Of a stretch of 33,140 bases of DNA, positions 1-7,950 are shown piece after piece (position 1 is the stretch's first letter; each line of letters opens with the position of its first letter). The notes below the pieces were generated by a model. That model had not been told where the DNA came from. It ran no database searches and saw nothing but the letters and a program-made list of their open reading frames with translations. A program made the translations under genes and the position numbers. The stretch is from Abditibacteriaceae bacterium (GTDB taxonomy: Bacteria; Armatimonadota; Abditibacteriia; Abditibacteriales; Abditibacteriaceae), in contig JANPJS010000253.1 of the NCBI GenBank assembly GCA_031425655.1, positions 1 to 33,140 on the forward strand, in the 5' to 3' direction.

Positions 1-48
1 CTGACTTTTCAGACTGATTCTAACGCTCCCCAGCCCCGCTGATTCTCT

Positions 49-353
49 TCATCCATCGCCACACAAGCTATCGGCCAGATCATGCCAACCCGGATTTATT
101 GCTTCAATCAACGCCAACTTCTTTGCTCGAACCCAGCCTTTGATTTGCTTTTCACGGGCCATGGCCTCTTTGATATTGGTGAATTGCTCGTAATAAGCCA
201 GCCGCGTCAAATTGTATTGTGCCGTGAAACCGGGAATGGATTACTCTTGTGTTCCTGCATCCGGCACGCCAGATCGTTAGTAACGCCTACATATAAGCGG
301 CGATTATGGCCGGTCATTAGGTAAACGAAATAATTGTGCGCGGTTCGCATCAT
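49..353 (-). pseudogene. Frameshifted GIY-YIG nuclease (small stand-alone type)
   Basis: Hand translation from ATG 353 gives MMRTAHNYFVYLMTGHNRRLYVGVTNDLACRMQEHKS. After a 1-nt shift near 241 it continues SIPGFTAQYNLTRLAYYEQFTNIKEAMAREKQIKGWVRAKKLALIEAINPGWHDLADSLCGDG*, stop at 49-51. The FVY..LYVGVTNDL and AREKQIKGW.R.KK motifs are typical of GIY-YIG. Not in the ORF track. Confidence 0.85.
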
Positions 354-375
354 GAAATTTCAAGACGCCTGATTC

Positions 376-422
376 TCTGTCATTCTGAGTCCTGCCCAGA
401 GGGCAGGACTCAGAATGACAGA
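376..422. repeat. REP-like perfect palindrome, 22-bp arms
   Basis: TCTGTCATTCTGAGTCCTGCCC (376-397), loop AGA, GGGCAGGACTCAGAATGACAGA (401-422). Confidence 0.9.
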
Positions 423-462
423 CCGTTAGCTGATAGGAACAGTTAACACGCCTTTCCGCACC

Positions 463-2925
463 TCAATAAACCAACTGGAACTCCGGGAGCATGGCCAGCA
501 CCCACAGCAAATCCTCGACGCCTTCGGGCTGCGCCGGGTTGCCGATCAATGCGGTGGCGTCAGCCAATTCCTTGGCGGTCGGCGTGCGGCCTAAAGCGCG
601 CTGCCACAGGCTGGTGGCGATGAGTTTCGGGGCGTTCGATTCGGCCAGCGCGCGTTTGGCACCTTGCTGAATGTATCCGGCCAGCGTGCGCCCGTTGGTC
701 AGTTCCAACGCCTGCAACGTCGTCGCGGCGCTTGGGCGCTGGGTGACGGCGACGTCGCGATTGGGACGGCCCAGCGCAATGGCCATCGCGTCGGGCTTGA
801 GCAGTGCGGCGCGCACCGGACGGTCGTAAATTTGGCCGCCGAGCGCGGCGCGCAGTGCCGTCCCAAGTTTCCAAGGGCCGCCATCGGCATCGAAAAGCAC
901 CACGCTGTTTTTCCAGCCGGTCGCGTCGAAGCCGGGCTTGTCCCAGCCTGCGGGGGCGGCCCCGTTGGGCGTCGGTGCCACCTGCCAGGTCGCATCGCTG
1001 ACGACGGTCGCTTCGGGCAATTTTTCAAACCGCAGCAGCGCGTTGAAAATCAAACCCGACGGGCTGCCACCCTCGATTTGCAGGCCTTTTTTCAGCTCCG
1101 CGTCGGGCCAGTTGATGGCCTGCACCGCGATGACGTTTTCGCCCTTTTTCAAAAACGGTTTCAAGTTCAGAGCGACAGGCTTTTCCCACGCGGCACCATC
1201 AGCCGCCTTTTTGCCGTTAACCCACAGCACGAACTCGTTGTCGCAGCTTATCACCGCCGCCGCGAGGGTTGGCACGTCGGCCAGCGTCACGACTTTGCGT
1301 AAATAAATATGCCCGCCGGGCGCGGCACCTGCGGCGATGGGGTTGTCCCAAATCCACTGCGCGCTCACGTTGGCCGGTTTGCCGCCGAGCGGAACTGCCG
1401 GAGTTTGCGGCCAGGTGCCGGTGAGAGTGAACATCGCGTCGGTGAACATTTCGGCGTTCATGCGCTTGACGCTTGGCCCGGCGAAAACGAATTTCTCAAC
1501 CTGCTCTGCATTCTGCGGCGCGGCGGCCAACTGATAGGCCTTCGAGGTGGCGATTTGTGCCATCAGCTTTTTCAAATCGTAGCCGCTGGCCGCGAAATCG
1601 GAAGCTAAATAATCGAGCAAATCTTCGTTCCACGGACGCCGGTCCATTTCGTCGTTCGGCTCGATGAGGCCGGTGCCGAGCAACTTCGCCCAAATGCGGT
1701 TGACAATTGTGCGCGCAAAGCGGCCGTTGCCTTTGCTGGTCAGCGCGGCGGCCAACTGGCGCAGGCGTTCGGGGCGCGGCGCGGCGGCGTCCACCGTGCC
1801 GAGTTCGGGATAAAGAAACTTCACCGGCGCGATGCGGCCCAACGGCACATCGCAGCGCACCATTTCCAGCGGCTTGTCGGCGTAGATTCCCGCCAGACCG
1901 TAGGCATCGGTCAGCTTCCAGTCGCTGGTGAAACTGTCGTGGCACGACGCGCATTTCATGTTGATGCCGAGGAACACCTGCGACACGTTTTGTGCGGCCT
2001 GCATTGGCGTTGTCTGGCTGGCGTTGACGGTGCCGCGCCAGACGATTCCATTGGTAAACCCTTCCGAATCGGGCGTGGGATTGACCAGTTCCGACACGAA
2101 GCGGTCGTAGGGCTTATTGGTTTTCAACGCTTCGTAGAGCCACGGCGTTATCTGCTTGCGCCCGCCCGTAATGAAGCCGGTGCCGACGTAGTCGTTGCGC
2201 AGCGCATCGTTCCAAAAAGTCAGCCAGTGCGTGGCGTAGTCGTCGTTGCGCGCCAGCAAACTGGTCACCAGTTTTTCGCGTTTGTCCGGCGCGGTTTCGG
2301 CGATGAAGGCGTCGAGTTCGGCGGGCGGCGGCAGCAGTCCGATCAAATCCGAATAAACGCGCCGTGCGAAGGTGCGGTCGCTCACGATGGTTTTGGCTGC
2401 GACTTTATTGGCCGCAAAATACGACGTTAGAATCCTGTCAATCGGGTTGCCGGCACCGGGCGGAACCTTCACCTCACGCGGTGCAAGTTGCGGCTTGTAG
2501 GTGCTAACTGTGGCACTTTGAAACGAAAGTCCGCCATCAATCCAGGCGCGCAGCGTGGCGATTTCTTTAGGCGTGAGCCGCGCGCCCTTGGGCGGCATTA
2601 ACCGTTCCAAATCGCCGCCTTCGACGAGTTTCACCAGCAGCGATTTCGCGCTGTCGCCAACGACAACCGCCGGGCCGCTTACCCCGCCGGTCAAAGTGTT
2701 CTCGCGCGTGTCGAGGCGCAGTCCTCCTTTGTTTTTGCCGTTCAGATGGCACGCGCCGCACTTTTCCTGCAACAGAGGATGCACCTCGCGCATATAATCT
2801 ATTTTTGGCGTAGCTTGGGCCAAACGAGGCGCGTCTACCGCGACAATCGGCACCCACCGCACTTCAGCGTGAGCAGCGGCACTCAACACAACTAACCAGA
2901 GTATCATTTCACGAAAATTCAGCAT
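463..2925 (-). CDS. Planctomycete cytochrome c / DUF1549 / DUF1553 (PSD1) protein with inserted carbohydrate-binding-like beta-sandwich
   Basis: Signal peptide; CGACH..GGLRLD..MPP..WIDGG (PSCyt1); NPID, RRVYSDLIGLLP, NKPYDRFV, CASCHD (DUF1549); NRIWAKLLGTGL, DLLDYLA, LQALELTNG, EFQLVY (DUF1553); inserted AQWIW..YLRK..SCDNEFVLWVNGK segment. Confidence 0.9.
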   Translation of the reverse strand: MLNFREMILWLVVLSAAAHAEVRWVPIVAVDAPRLAQATPKIDYMREVHPLLQEKCGACHLNGKNKGGLRLDTRENTLTGGVSGPAVVVGDSAKSLLVKLVEGGDLERLMPPKGARLTPKEIATLRAWIDGGLSFQSATVSTYKPQLAPREVKVPPGAGNPIDRILTSYFAANKVAAKTIVSDRTFARRVYSDLIGLLPPPAELDAFIAETAPDKREKLVTSLLARNDDYATHWLTFWNDALRNDYVGTGFITGGRKQITPWLYEALKTNKPYDRFVSELVNPTPDSEGFTNGIVWRGTVNASQTTPMQAAQNVSQVFLGINMKCASCHDSFTSDWKLTDAYGLAGIYADKPLEMVRCDVPLGRIAPVKFLYPELGTVDAAAPRPERLRQLAAALTSKGNGRFARTIVNRIWAKLLGTGLIEPNDEMDRRPWNEDLLDYLASDFAASGYDLKKLMAQIATSKAYQLAAAPQNAEQVEKFVFAGPSVKRMNAEMFTDAMFTLTGTWPQTPAVPLGGKPANVSAQWIWDNPIAAGAAPGGHIYLRKVVTLADVPTLAAAVISCDNEFVLWVNGKKAADGAAWEKPVALNLKPFLKKGENVIAVQAINWPDAELKKGLQIEGGSPSGLIFNALLRFEKLPEATVVSDATWQVAPTPNGAAPAGWDKPGFDATGWKNSVVLFDADGGPWKLGTALRAALGGQIYDRPVRAALLKPDAMAIALGRPNRDVAVTQRPSAATTLQALELTNGRTLAGYIQQGAKRALAESNAPKLIATSLWQRALGRTPTAKELADATALIGNPAQPEGVEDLLWVLAMLPEFQLVY

Positions 2926-2945
2926 GATGATTCAGTTTAAGACCT

Positions 2946-3041
2946 TAGAAACTGTCTGAGAATTAATTTCTCGAAAAAGAAAGCGTTTTGTCGTTCTGAG
3001 TCCTGCCGTGAGACTTAACGCAAATTACCAGACAGTTTTTG
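2946..3041. mobile_element. Putative MITE with CTGTCTG(AG)AA terminal inverted repeats
   Basis: Left end TAGAAACTGTCTGAGAATT (2946-2964), right end AATTACCAGACAGTTTTTG (3023-3041), 15/19 complementary. Similar termini occur at 13325-13560. Confidence 0.55.
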
Positions 3042-3121
3042 AAATATTTCACGTTTGCCGGTTGCAAATTGGAATTCGAGCGGCCCGGCTTTTGCTTGAT
3101 GAGCGATGCTCAGGAGTTTCC

Positions 3122-4243
3122 ATGACAGAGGTTATCTCGCCCCGCAAAACGCAAGCCGCACCTGCCAGTTTGACGCGCGTGGCGAAAGAAATCGCCGGCG
3201 AAGTGGCCGTCTCGCGCGGGAAGCGGCACGGCAAGCAAATTACGCTGCGCCAACTCTTGACGCGCTGCGGCTACGAGCAGCGCAACACGCAAAACCTGCA
3301 ACGTATCACAGCGGCCCTTGATGCCGCCGGCGTGCAATGCCTGCCGCCGCCGTCGGGCGTCAGCGATCTCGACGCGCCTTTGCACCTTGCGACGGCAGCG
3401 CCGCGCAAATCCATCGAAAACTCCGCAGCCAAAGCCGCGCCGCGCGCCAAAGAAAAGCCGGCGCGTTTGCCGAAATTCAAATCGCTGGAAGATATGCTGG
3501 CCCACGCGCGCCGCGCGACGGTTTTGCTCGCGCTCGAAGACGGGCACGGCAGCGGCTTCGTGATTGACAAATCGGGACTGGTTCTGACCGCGCGGCACGT
3601 CGTGGAAGACGCCGAAAAAGTATGCCTGCGCTTTGAAAGCGGGCGCGAAGACCAAGCGCGCGTGGTGTTTTCAGATGCCGCACTCGACTACGCTTTTCTG
3701 CAAGCCGAGCCGTGCGACGACTTTTTAGCACTGCACGACGATGTGGAACTTGCCGTCGGGCAAACGATTTACGCCATCGGCACGCCTTTGCAATCCGACC
3801 TGGCCGGCAGCGTCACGCGCGGCATTATTAGCGGTTTGGATCGCATCATCGGCGGCGTTTCGTATATCCAAAACGACGCCACGGTTCACGCCGGGCATTC
3901 CGGCGGGCCGCTCCTCACCGAGCGCGGAGAAGTGGCCGGCATCAACCTTTGGGGCCGTCCCGAAGCCGGGATTCGCTTCGCTTTGCCGATTCCCTATGCG
4001 CTCGAAGCCTTAGGCGTGATCAAGCCGCAATTGCAAGACATGGCCTCGCGGCTTTATTGCACAGGCTGCGGTTTTCTCAACGACGCCGGCAGTTGGATTC
4101 TCTGCGCCAGTTGGCTGTGTTGCGGACATTGCGGCGCGGTTTTGGGCGATTTGAACGCGCACGAGGAAGAAGATCAAAGCGAATGCGCTCTCAGCGAAGC
4201 CGAAGCCGTGCAAAAAGACAAGCAAGCCGAGGTCGGGCCATGA
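3122..4243 (+). CDS. Cytoplasmic trypsin-like (S1C) serine protease with C-terminal zinc ribbon
   Basis: GSGFVI, LTARHVV (His), DYAFL (Asp), GHSGGPL (Ser); C-terminal CTGC...CGHC; no PDZ or signal peptide. Start placed at ATG 3122 because the upstream extension runs through the MITE. Confidence 0.85.
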   Translation: MTEVISPRKTQAAPASLTRVAKEIAGEVAVSRGKRHGKQITLRQLLTRCGYEQRNTQNLQRITAALDAAGVQCLPPPSGVSDLDAPLHLATAAPRKSIENSAAKAAPRAKEKPARLPKFKSLEDMLAHARRATVLLALEDGHGSGFVIDKSGLVLTARHVVEDAEKVCLRFESGREDQARVVFSDAALDYAFLQAEPCDDFLALHDDVELAVGQTIYAIGTPLQSDLAGSVTRGIISGLDRIIGGVSYIQNDATVHAGHSGGPLLTERGEVAGINLWGRPEAGIRFALPIPYALEALGVIKPQLQDMASRLYCTGCGFLNDAGSWILCASWLCCGHCGAVLGDLNAHEEEDQSECALSEAEAVQKDKQAEVGP

Positions 4244-4746
4244 ATCTGATGAAGCTCGATGCCGTTCAAGACACCGCCGAAGCCTTCGCCAAACGCGGCG
4301 CGCCTCTCCCCGACGATCAGGAGCCGTTTCGCGCACTGATTTCCGCGCTTCTGACGAAAAAAGGCTTAAATCCGGCGCAAATTTACCGTCCCGACAGCAA
4401 GTTATGGGTTATCCCGGCGCAACCCGCGCCGGTTGTTTTGCGCTTGCTGCGCGAAGGCGAGGCCGAAGCGGCCATAGATTTCATCGAAACCATGATGCGT
4501 GTGGCGCCGCTGCCTGCCAAGAACATCCTTCCGTTTTACCGCTATTTATTGGAATCGAACCAGAAAATGAACAACGCGGCGTTTTGCGTGGACGGCGACA
4601 GCGTGTTTTTGCGCTCTTCGCGCCAACTCGAAGACTTGGACGAAGCCGAACTCGACGACATGATTTCCTCGCTCGTCGAAGCCGCCGAAGATTATTTCGC
4701 GCCGCTGTTAGAGCAATTCGCCTTCGGCGCTTCAATTTTGCGTTGA
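4240..4746 (+). CDS. YbjN / CesT-like (T3SS chaperone fold) protein
   Basis: ATGA overlap with the protease stop; FYRYLLESN..AFCVDGDSVFLRSSRQLEDLD..ELDDMI pattern; acidic. Confidence 0.65.
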   Translation: MNLMKLDAVQDTAEAFAKRGAPLPDDQEPFRALISALLTKKGLNPAQIYRPDSKLWVIPAQPAPVVLRLLREGEAEAAIDFIETMMRVAPLPAKNILPFYRYLLESNQKMNNAAFCVDGDSVFLRSSRQLEDLDEAELDDMISSLVEAAEDYFAPLLEQFAFGASILR

Positions 4747-4747
4747 A

Positions 4748-5302
4748 CTACGCAAAAATCTCCGCCACCGGCACTTTGAATCCGGGCACCACATCTTCGC
4801 CGCTGAGTTCGTCATTGACGCCTAACAAAGCCGTTTCACCGGATGCCCGATGAACCTCCACGCTTTTGCGGCGTGGGCGCAGCACCCAAACCATCAACGC
4901 GCCGCCATCCAGCCACGCCGAAACTTTGTCGTCCACTTCCTGCACGGTATCGCCCGGCGACACAACTTCGACGGCCAAATTCGGCGCACCGGGAAAATAG
5001 CCGCGCACGGGCGTGTCGGGAATACGCGCTGCGCTAACAAAAGCCGCATCCGGCGCCCGCACCGTATCAGGATTCGTTTCGAGCTTAAAGCCGGTTTCCG
5101 CGCCGAGAGTCACGCCTAACTGGTGTTCCTCGACAAAATTAGAGAGTGGACGGGCAATATCCACAGTTACGACTCCATGTTCAAATCCGGTTGGCGGCAT
5201 TTGCAGCAGCTCTCCTTTAACCAACTCGTAGCGAAACTTGCCGCGCGGCAGACGCAATAGCTCCTCGGCGGTCATTAATTGTGTGGCTGTGACAACGCTC
5301 AT
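4748..5302 (-). CDS. Uma2 family endonuclease (DUF820)
   Basis: MTAEELL..RYELVKGEL..H, TVRAPDAAFVS, PNLAVEVVSP, VWVL, LSGEDVVPGF. Confidence 0.93.
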   Translation of the reverse strand: MSVVTATQLMTAEELLRLPRGKFRYELVKGELLQMPPTGFEHGVVTVDIARPLSNFVEEHQLGVTLGAETGFKLETNPDTVRAPDAAFVSAARIPDTPVRGYFPGAPNLAVEVVSPGDTVQEVDDKVSAWLDGGALMVWVLRPRRKSVEVHRASGETALLGVNDELSGEDVVPGFKVPVAEIFA

Positions 5303-5398
5303 GGGGGACACCTTCTCTTTTGGATTTTAATGCGGATTGTTTGTCGAAATCCTCGGAGGGTTCAAGTTGCGAGCGCAACTTTGATGGATAAAGTGGAG

Positions 5399-5620
5399 TT
5401 AAGCAGCCTTCCGATGCGGCCTTTGCGATTCTGCGCGACGCGCCTCCGCATCAGCTTCCCACTGATCAATTTCGGCATTCGTTTGGCGCCAGGCGTCCAA
5501 AGCGGGCTGGTGCTTAGGGTCTGCCTTTGCCATCTTTTCCAGTGTGCGCCCAACAGCAGCGTGTTCTTCGGGGTCGAATTCAACTTCCGAACGGTGAATG
5601 GGCGTGCGTAAATTTGTCAT
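5399..5620 (-). CDS. Small hypothetical protein (73 aa)
   Basis: ATGA overlap with the upstream JAB-like gene; AAGGAGG SD upstream of the start. Confidence 0.65.
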   Translation of the reverse strand: MTNLRTPIHRSEVEFDPEEHAAVGRTLEKMAKADPKHQPALDAWRQTNAEIDQWEADAEARRAESQRPHRKAA

Positions 5621-6201
5621 GCAAAATGCGCCTCCTTGCGAATGCGAAAATCTTTAAAATAAGGCTGTCGCAAAAGCCTCTTATTAGTTTCATCAACGTG
5701 AGCCGCTTTGTCTTGTGCGGCAAAATCGGGGTCTTTTCTCACTGCATTCAGGGCGCGGTCAAAAAGAGAGCGAATGGGGGAAACCCATTTGTCCGTAAGT
5801 TGAGAACGCAACTGGGCCGCCTGAGAAATCGCCTCTTGAAACTGCCACGGTTCCGGCTTTTCCACGATATGCGTTGCCACCACGTCCACCACTTCGAGGC
5901 GCCCGACCTGAAATTGAACGCCTAACACTTCCCAATCCTCGCCACCCGGCCCGCCGGGATCGGGATGAGAATGCAGAGCAACCACACGCTGGCCGGGTTT
6001 GACTTTTTCCCAATCGGGAGAAACCTCGTCAACCTCGCCCTCTTGCCTATCAATGATCTCACCCGAATCGGCATCTACCAAAAAAGAAAGTTCGCGCCGA
6101 CCATCTTCGGCGTAGCGGAGCAATTCGGCAATGAGGGCAGGGCGTTCCCGTTCGTAAGCGGGCGAAACCTGAAACATAAGAGAGTGCCGCCCTCGTGCCA
6201 T
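5617..6201 (-). CDS. JAB/MPN-like domain protein
   Basis: RRELSFLVDADSGEII followed by VALHSHPDPGGPGGED, resembling the E...HxHP...D metal-binding JAB motif with the Ser position replaced by Gly. Confidence 0.55.
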   Translation of the reverse strand: MARGRHSLMFQVSPAYERERPALIAELLRYAEDGRRELSFLVDADSGEIIDRQEGEVDEVSPDWEKVKPGQRVVALHSHPDPGGPGGEDWEVLGVQFQVGRLEVVDVVATHIVEKPEPWQFQEAISQAAQLRSQLTDKWVSPIRSLFDRALNAVRKDPDFAAQDKAAHVDETNKRLLRQPYFKDFRIRKEAHFA

Positions 6202-6204
6202 TTT

Positions 6205-6453
6205 TCAATCCCAACTCGCGCGTTCGTCTTCAAGATGCGCTTCGACATCAGCCGGCGTGGGCGGCACGAAACCGCGCGCTTGCTGACGTGCCCAAATGCG
6301 AGTCAGCACTTCCCGCCGCTCACTGCTTAGACGAAATTCTTCCACCGGCTCAACGACAAGGCGGACTTGCGCCGAGGCCATCGGCAATTCTTCGTCCAGC
6401 ACAACAGTGCGCCCATCTATTAAATGTCCGGTCACGACGTAAGCGTTTTGCAT
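6205..6453 (-). CDS. Small antitoxin-like hypothetical protein
   Basis: N-terminal beta-rich GHLIDGRTVVLDEELP...VRLVVEP; C-terminal ERASWD tail like those of PIN-toxin partners; TATAAT upstream on minus strand (6468-6473). Confidence 0.6.
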   Translation of the reverse strand: MQNAYVVTGHLIDGRTVVLDEELPMASAQVRLVVEPVEEFRLSSERREVLTRIWARQQARGFVPPTPADVEAHLEDERASWD

Positions 6454-6506
6454 AGCAATCAACAGGAATTATAGCGCCTCCGCCACGAATCGGGCTAACT
6501 ATTCGG

Positions 6507-7820
6507 GTGTTTATTGACGAAGCAACCATTGAAGTGAAGGGCGGCGAGGGGGGCAACGGCGTGATCGCGTTTCGCCGCGAGAAATATGTGCCGCTGGGCG
6601 GGCCTTCGGGCGGCGACGGCGGCAACGGCGGCGACGTGATTTTGCGCGCCGACCCGCATCGCAAAACTCTTGTCGAACTGTCTCGCCTGCGCCATCACAA
6701 AGGCGGATTCGGGCGCAACGGCGAAGGCAGCAAGCGCAGCGGACAGGACGGCGAAACTGTCATCATTCCCGTTCCCCTCGGCACGCAGGTTTTCGATGAC
6801 GAAAGCGGAGACCTGCTCACCGACATGGTGCAGCCGGGCCAACAGTTCATCGCGGCGCGCGGAGGCGGAGGCGGACGCGGCAACGTGCATTTCGCCTCGT
6901 CGGTGCGCCACGCGCCGCGCTTGTCGGAAAAAGGCCTGCACGGCGAAGAACGGCGCTTGCGCTTGTCGCTGAAACTTTTAGCCGACATCGCTTTAATCGG
7001 CCTGCCCAACGCCGGAAAAAGCACGCTGATTTCAGCGATTTCCGCCGCGCGGCCCAAAATCGCCAATTACCCGTTTACGACCTTGATTCCCAACTTGGGC
7101 GTGGTGCGCCTCGACCAATCGCGGCATTTCGTGGTCGCCGACATTCCCGGCCTGATTCGCGGCGCCTCAACCGGCGCGGGATTAGGGCATCAATTTCTCA
7201 AGCACATCGAACGCGCGCCGATTTTCATTCATTTGTTGGATGCCAGCCAGCATTTGCAAGGCAGCCAATCGCTGTTTCGGCATTATATGAGCCTCAACCG
7301 CGAGCTTAAAATCTGGAATCCCGACTTGATTCAACGCCCGCAATTGGTGGCCATCACCAAACTCGACGTAGTTGCCGGCGACGAAGACGCGCAGGCCGAA
7401 GTTGAGCGCACCAAAGCCAAACTCGCGGCGCGCGGCTGCGAAGTTTTCGAGATTTCCGCCGCGACCGGACAAGGATTGCCACCACTTTTAGAGCGCGTCT
7501 GGCAACTCGTCGAAGTGGCGCGGGCGCAGCAGGCCGCCATTGATGCGCTGCCGCCCGTCGAAATCACGCGCGTGCAAGTGGACAAGCCGTTCAGCCTCAA
7601 AGAAATCGCGCGTTACGCCGACGGCATGAGCGAATGGGAAGCGCAAGGCGGCGCACTCGAACGCCTGATTAGCCGCTTCGAGTTGGACAATCACGAAGCG
7701 TTGCTGCACGTCCATCGCCTGCTCGAACGGCAAGGTGTCATCGAGCAATTGCGACAGGCCGGAGTCAAACCCGGCGATTTGGTTCACGTCGGCAAAATGG
7801 CCTTTGAGTTTGAAGAGTGA
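6507..7820 (+). CDS. obgE: GTPase ObgE/CgtA
   Basis: MFIDEA..GGNG..FRREKYVPLGGPSGGDGG, GLPNAGKST, YPFTTL, DIPG, TKLD; C-terminal DUF1967-type domain. Confidence 0.98.
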   Translation: MFIDEATIEVKGGEGGNGVIAFRREKYVPLGGPSGGDGGNGGDVILRADPHRKTLVELSRLRHHKGGFGRNGEGSKRSGQDGETVIIPVPLGTQVFDDESGDLLTDMVQPGQQFIAARGGGGGRGNVHFASSVRHAPRLSEKGLHGEERRLRLSLKLLADIALIGLPNAGKSTLISAISAARPKIANYPFTTLIPNLGVVRLDQSRHFVVADIPGLIRGASTGAGLGHQFLKHIERAPIFIHLLDASQHLQGSQSLFRHYMSLNRELKIWNPDLIQRPQLVAITKLDVVAGDEDAQAEVERTKAKLAARGCEVFEISAATGQGLPPLLERVWQLVEVARAQQAAIDALPPVEITRVQVDKPFSLKEIARYADGMSEWEAQGGALERLISRFELDNHEALLHVHRLLERQGVIEQLRQAGVKPGDLVHVGKMAFEFEE

Positions 7821-7827
7821 GTTCGGA

Positions 7828-7944
7828 ATTAAACACAAAGACACAAAGACACAAAGATTTTCAAAAGGTAAAAGCGCATCATGCCACAAAATCCCTTTGT
7901 CGTCTTTTGTGCTTCCTTTGTGCCTTTGTGTCTTTGTGTTTAAT
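7828..7944. repeat. Octamer (ACACAAAG)x3 tandem/inverted repeat hairpin between obgE and proB
   Basis: ATTAAACACAAAGACACAAAGACACAAAGA (7828-7857) vs CCTTTGTGCCTTTGTGTCTTTGTGTTTAAT (7915-7944), 28/30 complementary. Confidence 0.9.
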
Positions 7945-7950
7945 CAAAAC

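Noticed and set aside
82..324. 80-aa plus-strand ORF
   Set aside because: Antisense shadow of the frameshifted GIY-YIG gene.
7735..7950. N-terminal extension of ProB in the ORF track (similarly 3008, 3949, 15306, 18792, 21915, 31498)
   Set aside because: The extensions run through repeats or overlap upstream genes; family homology begins at the downstream ATG.
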